DNA of 64,000 nucleotides from Candidatus Nanopelagicales bacterium. GTDB taxonomy: Bacteria; Actinomycetota; Actinomycetes; S36-B12. Below are positions 53,667 through 63,190 of this stretch, piece by piece. Location of the stretch: positions 37,189 to 101,188 of the forward strand of contig JAPKAV010000002.1 in the NCBI GenBank assembly GCA_028825115.1, in the 5' to 3' direction. The notes beneath the pieces are model-generated. The model was not told the origin of the DNA and did not search any database. It worked only from the letters and a program-made list of their open reading frames with translations. Numbering within the stretch: position 1 is the first letter of the stretch; each line of letters opens with the position of its first letter. Made by a program: the position numbers and the translations under genes.

Positions 53667-55217
53667 CTAACGGCTTCGCCTACGTCGTTCCCGGATCGGG
53701 ATAAACACCAGAACTCCCACAACCAATAGGCACAGCACCAACTCGATGTAGGGGCCGAATCGTGCCCCTGGCGTCAGATTCGCTTGTGGTGCCACCTCAA
53801 CAACGAATGAACCCACGTCACCGTTTTCAAGAATCGGATCAACACTGCCATCAGGTGTGATCCGCGCGCTGATACCGGTGGTTGCTGCCACTACAACCGT
53901 TCGATCGTTTTCAATTGATCGCAGCCGCTCAATATTTAACTGCTGCAGCGGAAGGTCTGTACCCGCGTAGGTTGCATTGTTCGTTTGAACTACCAAAACT
54001 TGCGCGCCCTCTTTAACCACTCGATTAACGACCGGGTCCACGGCGACTTCAAAGCAAATCAAATCTCCCACCGCGACTCCATTAATGGTAAATATTCCTG
54101 GTTCGGTACCATGAGCGAAGTCCCTAGGAACGCGCTCATAACGCGAAATCAATTGAGTCAAAACGCTCCGAAAGGGAATAAATTCTCCAAATGGCACCGG
54201 CGCATTCTTGATGTACGTGTCACCGGGACCAGTACTTGGACCCCAGAGAATTCCCATATTGTACACCTCGTTCTGAGGATCGGTCGCCGACTCGACCACC
54301 GCACCCACAAGAATCGGTACGCCAATTGCCTTAACCGCCTGATCAATCAAGGCTGCAGCATCATCTTCAACGTATGGATCAAGGTCTGAAGAGTTCTCCG
54401 GCCAAATCACTATCTCTGGCTGGGGCTCTTCCCCGCGCTTTACCTTCTGGGCAAGTTCAATCGTGTGTTTTACGTGGTTGTCAAGAACTGCCCGACGCAC
54501 ATCCATTGCACCCATGCCGGTCTGAGGGGTTCCACCTTGGACAACACCGATCGCAATTGTTGAAACGTCTCCATTGGCGTCAGTCGATGTGAACGCATTG
54601 CTCAGAGTAATCGGAATAAGAAAACAGACAATGATAAAAAGTACGAGTGCTACCTTGGCCCGTATCGATGCGATGATGAAAATGGACACGCAGGCCACTG
54701 AGATTGCGACCACAACAAAACTTAACCACGGAATTCCACCGATTCGTGACCACAAAGCAAGGGGTGAGTCCGCCTGACTAAATGCCAATCGAGCCCACGG
54801 ATAACCACCGAATGGATAGCGCCCGCGAAGAAACTCTTCTAAGACCCATACTGAACCAATTGCCAATAAACCAATCGGCCATGGAATCACCTTTCTAGTA
54901 ATCGCCCGTGAAATACTAGAAATCACGATTCCGACAGCACCGATCCAGATGGCCAAATAGAACGATAAAATCCAGGTCGCGTCCACCCCCACCACCGTGA
55001 GCCACGTGTGTTGCGAGAGAAATGCCACGAACCCATAAACAAAACCAATTATTGCACCCAGTTTCTTTGTCTGATTCCACGCCAACGCTGAAAAAATCGC
55101 GACCGAAATAGGTGCACACCACCATTGGCCCGGGGTCGGATAAGCCAAGGCCAGTAACCAGCCCGACAGTACGGCCAACAGAAGACGCACACCGATGCTC
55201 AATGAATTACGGGGCAT
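53667..55217 (-). CDS. lnt: apolipoprotein N-acyltransferase
   Basis: N-terminal polytopic domain plus a CN-hydrolase domain (VIWPENS...ICFE). ATG 55217 overlaps the upstream gene's stop by 11 nt. The listed start 55268 would overlap it by 62 nt. Confidence 0.9.
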   Translation of the reverse strand: MPRNSLSIGVRLLLAVLSGWLLALAYPTPGQWWCAPISVAIFSALAWNQTKKLGAIIGFVYGFVAFLSQHTWLTVVGVDATWILSFYLAIWIGAVGIVISSISRAITRKVIPWPIGLLAIGSVWVLEEFLRGRYPFGGYPWARLAFSQADSPLALWSRIGGIPWLSFVVVAISVACVSIFIIASIRAKVALVLFIIVCFLIPITLSNAFTSTDANGDVSTIAIGVVQGGTPQTGMGAMDVRRAVLDNHVKHTIELAQKVKRGEEPQPEIVIWPENSSDLDPYVEDDAAALIDQAVKAIGVPILVGAVVESATDPQNEVYNMGILWGPSTGPGDTYIKNAPVPFGEFIPFRSVLTQLISRYERVPRDFAHGTEPGIFTINGVAVGDLICFEVAVDPVVNRVVKEGAQVLVVQTNNATYAGTDLPLQQLNIERLRSIENDRTVVVAATTGISARITPDGSVDPILENGDVGSFVVEVAPQANLTPGARFGPYIELVLCLLVVGVLVFIPIRERRRRSR

Positions 55218-56850
55218 AAGTACTAATTCGATCTGCAAAACTCTCGTCCTTGTACGAAACCATGCCATTTACGATCGTACACACGTTCACCGGAATCTCG
55301 GGTGCATGCGAACTGCCCAGATCAGGTAACGCCGCTGTTACTGATCCGTGTTGCGCACCCCGCTTGGCCATCAGTGAACCGGGAACTTTCCCCTCCCACT
55401 CCTGTACGTGCGAGATCGCTAAATGCGCGGGCGCTCCCACCTCGATCACGCCATGGGAGTCAAAGTGTGCTCCCAGAGATCGCCAGCCGGAACGGGTGTG
55501 CGCCGTAAACGCTGCATCTGCGCTCATGCGTTCTTGTGGGTTGTGGTGGTACATCGCCGCGTGCACGGCAGCCCACGGTGTGTTGGGTGTCACTGGTGAA
55601 TCTGACGAAAAGCACACTGCAGCTCCAGCGGCAAGCAGGCTCCCCCAACGATTCATGTGGTGGGCGCGCGTGCCAAGGCGAGACTGATACATCCCCCCCG
55701 AATCCCCCCACCACGCATCAAAAAGTGGTTGCATGCTGGCGGTCATGCCTAACTTTCCCATCTCCTTCACCCCTGACTCAGAAAGCATCTCAGCATGCTC
55801 AAGTCGATGTCGCAAACTGTGAAACTCTCGATCAGGTGCGCGCTCGGCAGCAATTCGAGCGCCTGTCAGCGCAATTTCACACGCCTGGTCACCGATAACA
55901 TGAAAGCCACCTTGAATCCCTGCCTCAGTGCACGCTCTCAAGTGGTGCGCGACCTGTTCAGCCGTGAGGTAGCCGGCGCCGATATTTTGTGGATCATCGG
56001 AGTACGGATCTTTCAGAAAAGCGGTGTGAGAACCAATCGCGCCGTCGATGAATAGGTCTCCTCCTGCACCAATGGCTTTCAATTCACGCACAATGTTGAG
56101 TGTGTCCTCGCTGAGCAATTCGCCCCAGTAAATGGCGACACGCGGTACGTTCCATCCAGATGACAGCTCTTGCAAGGATGAGGCATCACTGAAACTACTG
56201 ACGTGTGGACCTGCCATCTCATGCACGCCGACAATCCCCTGACTCAGAGCATGATCCAGGAAATTTTCTTGTGCGATCTTACGTTGTGAATGGCTAATAG
56301 ATCCCAGAGCGAATTTGCGTAATGCACCATGGGCTAGTTGGGTGACTACTTCTTCTCCATAACCCGCCAAGAATTTCACCTCTGGACATTGGGCGATCAG
56401 CGAGTTGGAAACTAACGCTGAGTGAACATCGATCCGGCTCAGATAGACGACACTACCCCAGGCAGCTCGATCGATTTCTTGCCTCGAAGGGAGTTGCGGG
56501 TCCGCCCAATTACTCTGATCCCATCCGTGACCCAAAATGGTGGCACCGTTAACATGTTTTGCGTAGTTCGACAGTAAGTCCAGGAGTTCATTTTTGTGCG
56601 TGACTCGCGTGAGATCTAGCCCACTGAGCATGAGTCCAGTGCTCGTCGCATGGACGTGCGCGTCAACGAATCCCGGTGCTACAAAACATCCCCCGGCGTC
56701 AATGACAGTGTCGGCTAATTCCATGTGCCCTGCAGCCCCGTCGTGGTCCCCGATCCACACAATCTCTGGGCCATCAATCAGCAGTGCTGTGGCTAGAGGT
56801 TTACTGTTCGAATAGATCACTGAGTTTGTGATTAGGGTGAGTTGAGACAT
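55207..56850 (-). CDS. amidohydrolase family protein (Amidohydro_3-like metal-dependent hydrolase)
   Basis: N-terminal FVAPGFVDAHVHA metal-ligand motif and later His/Asp ligands. ATG 56850 overlaps the TAA of the preceding short ORF (TAATG). Confidence 0.85.
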   Translation of the reverse strand: MSQLTLITNSVIYSNSKPLATALLIDGPEIVWIGDHDGAAGHMELADTVIDAGGCFVAPGFVDAHVHATSTGLMLSGLDLTRVTHKNELLDLLSNYAKHVNGATILGHGWDQSNWADPQLPSRQEIDRAAWGSVVYLSRIDVHSALVSNSLIAQCPEVKFLAGYGEEVVTQLAHGALRKFALGSISHSQRKIAQENFLDHALSQGIVGVHEMAGPHVSSFSDASSLQELSSGWNVPRVAIYWGELLSEDTLNIVRELKAIGAGGDLFIDGAIGSHTAFLKDPYSDDPQNIGAGYLTAEQVAHHLRACTEAGIQGGFHVIGDQACEIALTGARIAAERAPDREFHSLRHRLEHAEMLSESGVKEMGKLGMTASMQPLFDAWWGDSGGMYQSRLGTRAHHMNRWGSLLAAGAAVCFSSDSPVTPNTPWAAVHAAMYHHNPQERMSADAAFTAHTRSGWRSLGAHFDSHGVIEVGAPAHLAISHVQEWEGKVPGSLMAKRGAQHGSVTAALPDLGSSHAPEIPVNVCTIVNGMVSYKDESFADRISTYAP

Positions 56851-57134
56851 TAACCCACATGCTTTGACAAAGCACAAGAAATTACCACTCGTCGATTCTC
56901 ACGGGTGCATTCAACAATACGCAGAACCTTGGCTTCACACATGGAGCGTTCAACCGGATAGTCCTTAGTGAAACCGTTCGATCCGAAAATTTGAGCCGCG
57001 TCTGTGGTGGATTTCCTCGCAACATCAGATGCAGCCAACTTAGGTTTAGCCGCCAACGAACCGTAATGAAAACAGTGGCCGAAGCGCTGGCTCGGCACGA
57101 GTCGGGAGACGCTGGAACCGATCAAATTCAACAT
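56850..57134 (-). pseudogene. remnant of an acyl-CoA dehydrogenase C-terminal domain (94 codons, still open)
   Basis: Reads ...AAKPKLAASDVARKSTTDAAQIFGSNGFTKDYPVERSMCEAKVLRIVECTRENRRVVISCAL. This aligns with the ACAD C-terminus (AK.LAS..A......QI.GG.G....YP.ER..RDA.I..IYEGT.EIQR.VIA). The N-terminal and middle domains are absent. Confidence 0.7.
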
Positions 57135-57137
57135 GTG

Positions 57138-58253
57138 CTAGCTCCCGATAATGACAAGATCACGGGTTTGCTTGTTTACCGACTCAGGGCCATCTGGGGT
57201 GCAGATCACGATGTCCTCTATCCTCGCGCCGTGAACGCCTTCGATGTAAAAGCCCGGTTCGATGCTGAAAATCATATTATTCTGGATCACTGTCTGGTTA
57301 TTTTCTCCCAGATACGGTTCCTCATGGGTCTCCAACCCGATCCCATGCCCTGTTCGGTGGATGAAGTACTCCCCCAGTCCGCGTGTCGCCAGTTCGTTGC
57401 GACCCGCTGCATCAATATCGTGACTCACCGCGCCATGGGATACTGCGTTAGTTGAAAGTTCCTGTGCTCTTTGCAAGATCGAATAGCGCTGCTTGAATTG
57501 CTCGCCTGGGTCGCCCATCGAGTAGGTCCGAGTACAGTCGCTGCAGTAGCCACTGGGCATCGTTCCACCTATATCGACCACTACTGGATCCCCCGGTTGA
57601 ATTACTCGATCACTGAGCTCATGATGGGGACTAGCCCCGTTGGGGCCAGAGGCAACAATCACGAAATCAACGCGTGAATGACCCTCGGACAAAATCAGAT
57701 CAGCAATATCTTTTCCTACTTCATTCTCAGTACGACCGACACGCAGGACATGAGGAATTTGAGCGTGTACCCGGTCAATTGCTGCAGCAGCCACTCGCAA
57801 GAAGTCCAGCTCAGTGGGAGTTTTCAGAATTCGGATGGCACTAATGATCGGTGAAGCTAATTCAATTGAGGCGTCCGGAAAATTTTCAGAAAATTTAAGA
57901 ACTCGTTCCGCCCACATGTGGTTGTCGACCGCGACTCTTCCTCCTTCGAACCCAGATCTTTCCCCAATGATCTCGTATGGGTTCGCGCTTTCGGCCCAAC
58001 TAATTACTTCCCACCCTAGGTCACCAAAGGGACTCGCCTTCGCCGTTGATACTTCCAAGCGGGGAACTAATAGAACGGGTTCTGCGTGGGGTTGAAGCAC
58101 CAAGGCGGTGATGCGTTCAAGCGGGATCGCGTTGTAACCGATCAAGTACCGCAGATCCGCACCCGGGGTGACGAGCATGAGGTCGAGGCCGATTTCTTGC
58201 ATGTGAACTTGTGCTTGGGTTATTCGCTCTGTGTAGTCCGATGTCGTAGGCAT
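57138..58253 (-). CDS. M24 family metallopeptidase (Xaa-Pro aminopeptidase/dipeptidase type)
   Basis: Creatinase-like N-terminus plus a pita-bread core (VVVDIGG...YCSDCTRT, HRTGHGIGLETHE, FSIEPG). ATG 58253 gives 371 aa. The listed GTG 58370 would overlap the divergent gene. Confidence 0.9.
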   Translation of the reverse strand: MPTTSDYTERITQAQVHMQEIGLDLMLVTPGADLRYLIGYNAIPLERITALVLQPHAEPVLLVPRLEVSTAKASPFGDLGWEVISWAESANPYEIIGERSGFEGGRVAVDNHMWAERVLKFSENFPDASIELASPIISAIRILKTPTELDFLRVAAAAIDRVHAQIPHVLRVGRTENEVGKDIADLILSEGHSRVDFVIVASGPNGASPHHELSDRVIQPGDPVVVDIGGTMPSGYCSDCTRTYSMGDPGEQFKQRYSILQRAQELSTNAVSHGAVSHDIDAAGRNELATRGLGEYFIHRTGHGIGLETHEEPYLGENNQTVIQNNMIFSIEPGFYIEGVHGARIEDIVICTPDGPESVNKQTRDLVIIGS

Positions 58254-58288
58254 GAGGCACAGATTAGCCCGGATGCCATACTTTCGCC

Positions 58289-59200
58289 GTGAGTGGACCT
58301 CTTTTGATTCTTGACACGGCAACCCTGTATTACCGGGCGTTTTATGCACTCCCGCAGAAGATGATGGCACCTGACGACAGTCCCCACAATGCGGTGCGTG
58401 GCTTTTTGTCCATGCTGACCAAACTAATTGTGATTCACCAGCCCAGCGGGCTAGTTGCCGCCTGGGACAACGACTGGAGACCGCAATGGCGGGTGGAATT
58501 ATTGCCCAGTTACAAAACCCATCGGGTTGAGTCGGATCAGGGCGGGGAAGGGGCGCCAGACACGCTGCTCCCGCAAATAGAAGCCATTGCCGAGATTCTG
58601 GACGCTTTCGGTATTGCCAGGGCGGGGATCGACGGTTTTGAGGCCGACGATGTTATCGCTTCGGTAGCGGAACAAATTGGCGTGCGTTGCCTTGTGGCAA
58701 CGAGTGATCGAGATCTGATCCAAGTTGTCAACGAACGCGTGTCACTACTACTCCAAGTCAGCGGCGGCGTCGAGAGATGGCCGATTCTGGATCCAGTAGC
58801 TATCGAGGCGAAGTACGGGGTGTCTCCGGCCGACTACTTGGCCATGGCTGCCTTACGCGGCGATCCAAGTGATGGGCTTGCAGGGATCGCCGGAATAGGT
58901 GATAAAACCGCTTGCGCGCTAATCAACGAATTTGGAAGCCTGGACTCACTCATAGGCGCAGCGGCTGCCGAGACATGCGCAAAGCCACTGACACCCCTAC
59001 TTGCACAACGGATCACCGCAGGTGCACCGTATCTTGAATCAGCCCTCGCGGTGATAACTGCCGAAAAGCGGCTTCCGATACATCAATGGTCCGTTGATAT
59101 TCCCTATGAACCTGTTGATCCACACGGCCTCGAAGCGCTCGCGGCGAGATGGGGAGTGGAGAAGTACGTGACCGAATTGCTTCAGGCTGCACTTGGATAA
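58289..59200 (+). CDS. stand-alone 5'-3' exonuclease (Pol I N-terminal domain-like, PIN + H3TH)
   Basis: 303 aa with LLILDTATLYYRAFYAL, FEADDVIA and the H3TH motif LRGDPSDGLAGIAGIGDKTA. Confidence 0.88.
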   Translation: MSGPLLILDTATLYYRAFYALPQKMMAPDDSPHNAVRGFLSMLTKLIVIHQPSGLVAAWDNDWRPQWRVELLPSYKTHRVESDQGGEGAPDTLLPQIEAIAEILDAFGIARAGIDGFEADDVIASVAEQIGVRCLVATSDRDLIQVVNERVSLLLQVSGGVERWPILDPVAIEAKYGVSPADYLAMAALRGDPSDGLAGIAGIGDKTACALINEFGSLDSLIGAAAAETCAKPLTPLLAQRITAGAPYLESALAVITAEKRLPIHQWSVDIPYEPVDPHGLEALAARWGVEKYVTELLQAALG

Positions 59201-61926
59201 GAAATTATTCCTCGCTGACACAAATCAATGGCCGCAACCGCATTAGCGTGCAGATTGGAGTCTTGGGGCGTGACGGAAACGATTTGGCCCAGCAAATCAA
59301 TCACTTGGCGAACCCAGCGAACAAAATCACCGGCCGTCACATCATTACTTGTCAGGATTTTCATGAGGGTTGCGCCCTTCGCCCAGCGATATAGGGCCCA
59401 GGCAAGTCCCGCATCAAGTTTTCTGCTTTCGTGAACTTTATGGTCATGTTCAATGCCCTCAACTTGTCCCCAAATTTCATAAATTTCGTCGAGCGCCTTC
59501 TGGGTCGGGCCACCAGGCACCGAGGGCGGTTCATCCGAATCGCCACGCCGACTTTCATAGACGAAGGAGGAACACACCGCCGCGAGTGAAGCGGGGTCAA
59601 GTGGGTCTAACACACCGCCCACAATCGTTTGGGCAATCAATAAGTCATTTTCGGAGTAAACCCCCTTGAGTAAATCCCCTCTACGGGTGATCTGCCATTC
59701 ACCTTGTGGGCTTTTAGCCAAGTAGTCGAGCCCAGCCAACACCTCGCAGAGACGATCGAATCGGCGGGCGATCGTATTAGTCCTCCCCTTCATTCGAGAG
59801 GACACCTCAAGATATTGGCTATGCGTTTTTTGATACCGCTCACCCCAACGGGCGTGGGCTTCACGTTCATCGCAGCCATGGCAAGGGTGGGCCCGCATTT
59901 GATCTCGCAAGTCTTGAATGATCGGATTAACTTCGTGCGATTTCTTCCCGCGCCTCTTTGGATCAGCAGATCTTTGACCCATCTCGCGAACCTGGGACGC
60001 AAGGTTCTTCTTCATGCTTGTGTCCCGTGACGAGAAACTTTTTGGGACTCTGATGCGGCCGATCGGCGTGAGATCCACCAGCGCATCATGGTGATTGAGT
60101 CTGCGTACCTGAAGATCTCCGGTGACCACCATGGGGCGCGGTTCAACCTTTGAACTATTGATCGCGGGAGAAACAACAACCGCGGGTCCAGCCTTCTTGC
60201 CTGCAGACAGCACAATTACGTCCCCGACCTTGAGGGTTCGCAGTTGCGCGTCTCCTACGTCACGTCGATGACGCACCACTTGTCTACTGTCTTGGCGTTC
60301 GGCCACTGAGATCTCGTGTCGCAGTAAACTGTACTGCTCGAAATCACCCAGATGGCACTGCATGGAATCTAAGTATCCAGCTTTCGCTTCATCAAGTTTG
60401 CGAAGCTCAGCTGCCAGTCCGACAACGGATGCATCCGCCTGAAATTGGGCGAAGGAGGTTTCTAGCAGCTCCCGCGCGCGCTCGGTTCCCATCGAGCCAA
60501 CCAAGTTCACGGCCATGTTGTAACTGGGTCTAAAGGAGGACCTAAGCGGGTAGGTCCGCGTGGACGCCAGACCTGCGAGCGATTTGGGGTCAAGGTCTTG
60601 CTGCCACAGCACAACTGCATGGCCTTCGACGTCAATGCCTCTTCTGCCGGCCCGGCCCGTTATCTGCGTGTACTCCCCCGGTGACAAATCAACGTGTGCG
60701 TCACCGTTCCACTTGACCAGACGCTCCAGGACGACCGACTTTGCAGGCATATTGATACCAAGAGCGAGGGTTTCCGTTGCAAAGACGACTTTGAGTAGGC
60801 CCTGCTGAAAAAGTGATTCAACAATCTCCTTGAACCTTGGCAACGCACCCGCATGATGAGCCGCGACCCCTCGCTCAAGGGCGTCAATCCAGTCACTGAA
60901 ACCCAGTGCAGCCAGGTCCTCGTCGGGGATATCCCTGGTCGACTCCAAGATCTGATTGCGAATCATTTCCCGCTCGACCGGGGATGTCAGTCGCAGACCG
61001 GAACCTAGGATTTGCTCAACTGCATCATCACAGCCAGCTCTGCTAAAGAGGAAGTAGATTGCTGGCAGTAGAGCTTCAGACTCAAGTAGCGAAACGACGT
61101 CACTGCGCCGCGGGGTCAAACTGGTGCGTCTAGGCGCGTTACGACCGTTACTCCCATGCTTGGAGCGGCCACGTTGTGACGCTGAGTGGGAAGCGCTTCG
61201 AGATAGTGCGGCGAGTTCGGGGTTGACTTCATGTTGTGAATCATCAATAAAAAGATCGTAGAGCCTCTTGCCCGCCATGACATGTTGCCACAATGGAACC
61301 GGTCTGATTTCCTCAACAATCACCTCCGTTTTGCCACGGATTGTGGCCAACCACCGACCAAATTCCTCAGCGTTGCTGACGGTCGCACTCAAAGCAATTA
61401 TGGTGACCGAGTCCGGCAAATGAATGATGACTTCTTCCCACACGGCGCCTCGTGAACGATCCGCCAAGTAATGAACCTCGTCCATGACCACAAATGAAAG
61501 GTTTTTTAGTGCTGTCGCACGCGCATACAACATATTACGCAAGACCTCGGTTGTCATGACAACTATGGGAGCTTCCCCATTAATGCTATTGTCACCGGTT
61601 AACAAACCCACTTTTTCTGGGCCGTAACGTTCTACTAGCTCGGAAAACTTTTGGTTTGAGAGCGCCTTGATCGGCGTGGTATAAAAGCATTTGGTCCCAG
61701 AATTCAACGCATGGAAAATGGCGAACTCTCCCACCACCGTCTTACCTGAACCCGTAGGAGCGGCCACTAACACGCCATTCCCGGCTTCGATTGCACGCAC
61801 GGCTTCTAGTTGGAATGAGTCAAGATCAAATTTATAGTCTGCCGTAAAAGGACCAATAAGGGTTTTGCCATCTTGTGCACGTGCCCGAGAAGCGGCGTAC
61901 TTTTCGGCCGCGGAAGACATGTTCAC
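59182..61926 (-). CDS. helY: Ski2-like DEAD/DEAH-box RNA helicase HelY
   Basis: 914 aa with Walker A APTGSGKT, a DEVH box (VMDEVHYL), SAT, and a C-terminal DSHCT-like domain. The helY-tatC-tatA-pafC order matches Mtb Rv2092c-Rv2095c. Confidence 0.92.
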   Translation of the reverse strand: MNMSSAAEKYAASRARAQDGKTLIGPFTADYKFDLDSFQLEAVRAIEAGNGVLVAAPTGSGKTVVGEFAIFHALNSGTKCFYTTPIKALSNQKFSELVERYGPEKVGLLTGDNSINGEAPIVVMTTEVLRNMLYARATALKNLSFVVMDEVHYLADRSRGAVWEEVIIHLPDSVTIIALSATVSNAEEFGRWLATIRGKTEVIVEEIRPVPLWQHVMAGKRLYDLFIDDSQHEVNPELAALSRSASHSASQRGRSKHGSNGRNAPRRTSLTPRRSDVVSLLESEALLPAIYFLFSRAGCDDAVEQILGSGLRLTSPVEREMIRNQILESTRDIPDEDLAALGFSDWIDALERGVAAHHAGALPRFKEIVESLFQQGLLKVVFATETLALGINMPAKSVVLERLVKWNGDAHVDLSPGEYTQITGRAGRRGIDVEGHAVVLWQQDLDPKSLAGLASTRTYPLRSSFRPSYNMAVNLVGSMGTERARELLETSFAQFQADASVVGLAAELRKLDEAKAGYLDSMQCHLGDFEQYSLLRHEISVAERQDSRQVVRHRRDVGDAQLRTLKVGDVIVLSAGKKAGPAVVVSPAINSSKVEPRPMVVTGDLQVRRLNHHDALVDLTPIGRIRVPKSFSSRDTSMKKNLASQVREMGQRSADPKRRGKKSHEVNPIIQDLRDQMRAHPCHGCDEREAHARWGERYQKTHSQYLEVSSRMKGRTNTIARRFDRLCEVLAGLDYLAKSPQGEWQITRRGDLLKGVYSENDLLIAQTIVGGVLDPLDPASLAAVCSSFVYESRRGDSDEPPSVPGGPTQKALDEIYEIWGQVEGIEHDHKVHESRKLDAGLAWALYRWAKGATLMKILTSNDVTAGDFVRWVRQVIDLLGQIVSVTPQDSNLHANAVAAIDLCQRGIISYPSAA

Positions 61927-61938
61927 AGCCTATTGCCT

Positions 61939-61961
61939 AAAAGAAAGCCTGCCGCTCAGGC
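61939..61961 (-). terminator. candidate intrinsic terminator after tatC
   Basis: The minus strand reads GCCTG-AGCGG-CAGGC followed by TTTCTTTT, 19 nt downstream of the tatC stop and upstream of the helY start. Confidence 0.4.
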
Positions 61962-61979
61962 ACGCAAGTAACCGAGGCG

Positions 61980-62810
61980 TTAAATCGAATCAGGTTTCAG
62001 CGGAGAAATCTCGTCGTCTTCCAGTTCACTGAAATCTGAATCTCGCGATTTGCGGGCCCGCCTTCGGTCGTTAAGGAGGGAGATCCCAACAGCTATCACT
62101 ACGAGGGTCAAGATTGGAGTTGCCAGCAACAGCAGGTTGATCGGGTCGCCCGTTGGCGTAGCCACTGCTGAAAATATAAACACAGTGAAGATAATCCAGC
62201 GCCACCACGAGAGGAGCCGCTTGCCTGACAAAATTCCGGCAAAATTTAAAAGAACTATAAGCAGCGGTGTAAGGAACCCAACTCCAAACACTAGGATAGA
62301 TCGTAAGAAAAATGACAAATATTTGTCGACTGACACGATATTTTCCACATTTTCTGGAGTGAAACCCAGCAGGATTTCCAGACCGAAGGGCAGCACTAGG
62401 TATGCAAGAGTGATTCCCGCGGCAAAAAGTGGTGAGGCAACTGCGGCAAAACCGATTGCCCATTTGCGTTCATTGCGATGTAGCCCCGGCGTGACGAATC
62501 TCCACAACTGATACAGCCAAACGGGTGCACTCAATGCAAGACCGGCCACCGCCGACACTTGAATTTGTAAAACGAACGGATCGGCAACACCGGTGAGGGC
62601 CAGGGTTACGTCTTGGCCGCTATCGGTTGCTGCTGCGATAATGTCAGTAAAAGGCTTACTGAGCCAGATAAAGATTTCCGCGTAATAAACCCATCCAATC
62701 ACCATCCCAATAACGATGGCAATTCCACTTTTAAACAGACGTGAACGTAACTCTCGCAGATGCGCGGTCAGCGGCATGGCCGCGGACTTCTGCTTTTCGC
62801 GCAGCGCCAC
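61980..62810 (-). CDS. tatC: twin-arginine translocase subunit TatC
   Basis: 276 aa with six TM helices and an N-terminal MPLTAHLRELRSRL motif. ATG 62777 is an alternative start. Confidence 0.93.
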   Translation of the reverse strand: MALREKQKSAAMPLTAHLRELRSRLFKSGIAIVIGMVIGWVYYAEIFIWLSKPFTDIIAAATDSGQDVTLALTGVADPFVLQIQVSAVAGLALSAPVWLYQLWRFVTPGLHRNERKWAIGFAAVASPLFAAGITLAYLVLPFGLEILLGFTPENVENIVSVDKYLSFFLRSILVFGVGFLTPLLIVLLNFAGILSGKRLLSWWRWIIFTVFIFSAVATPTGDPINLLLLATPILTLVVIAVGISLLNDRRRARKSRDSDFSELEDDEISPLKPDSI

Positions 62811-62819
62811 CGGCCCTAG

Positions 62820-63083
62820 CTAACGATCATTCGGCTCAGCAGGTGTGGTTTCTGCGGCCGAAGTGGGAGTGTTCGCCTGTGACTCAGAAGCCGTGACCGG
62901 TGGGTCAATTTCATTGTCGTCCCCATCCGAGTCGGATTCGGTCAAACCCTTCGTCTCTGCCTTGAAGATTCGAAGTGAGCGACCAAGGCCGCGTGCGGCA
63001 TCTGGTAGACGCTTAGCACCAAACAAAAGCACGATTAAACCAACAATAATAAGCAATTCCCAGCCCTTGAGATTACCTGGCAT
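62820..63083 (-). CDS. tatA: twin-arginine translocase subunit TatA
   Basis: 87 aa with one N-terminal TM helix, then the hinge and amphipathic helix ([25 protein letters not shown]), then an acidic tail. Confidence 0.92.
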   Translation of the reverse strand: MPGNLKGWELLIIVGLIVLLFGAKRLPDAARGLGRSLRIFKAETKGLTESDSDGDDNEIDPPVTASESQANTPTSAAETTPAEPNDR

Positions 63084-63190
63084 GTGATTCCCTTTCAGCC
63101 CTGCTGATGTTGGCCTATAAAAAAACCAGACCTCGATTAGACCTCAGTCTATGTCAGGCCCGCTCTTTCTGCCTGTATCGTACGTGGACT

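Noticed and set aside
63084-63190. A7-8 tract (T-run on the minus strand) and a direct repeat agacctc x2 between pafC and tatA, considered as a pafC terminator.
   Set aside because: No adequate GC-rich stem precedes the T-run on the minus strand; the best stem is 4 bp.
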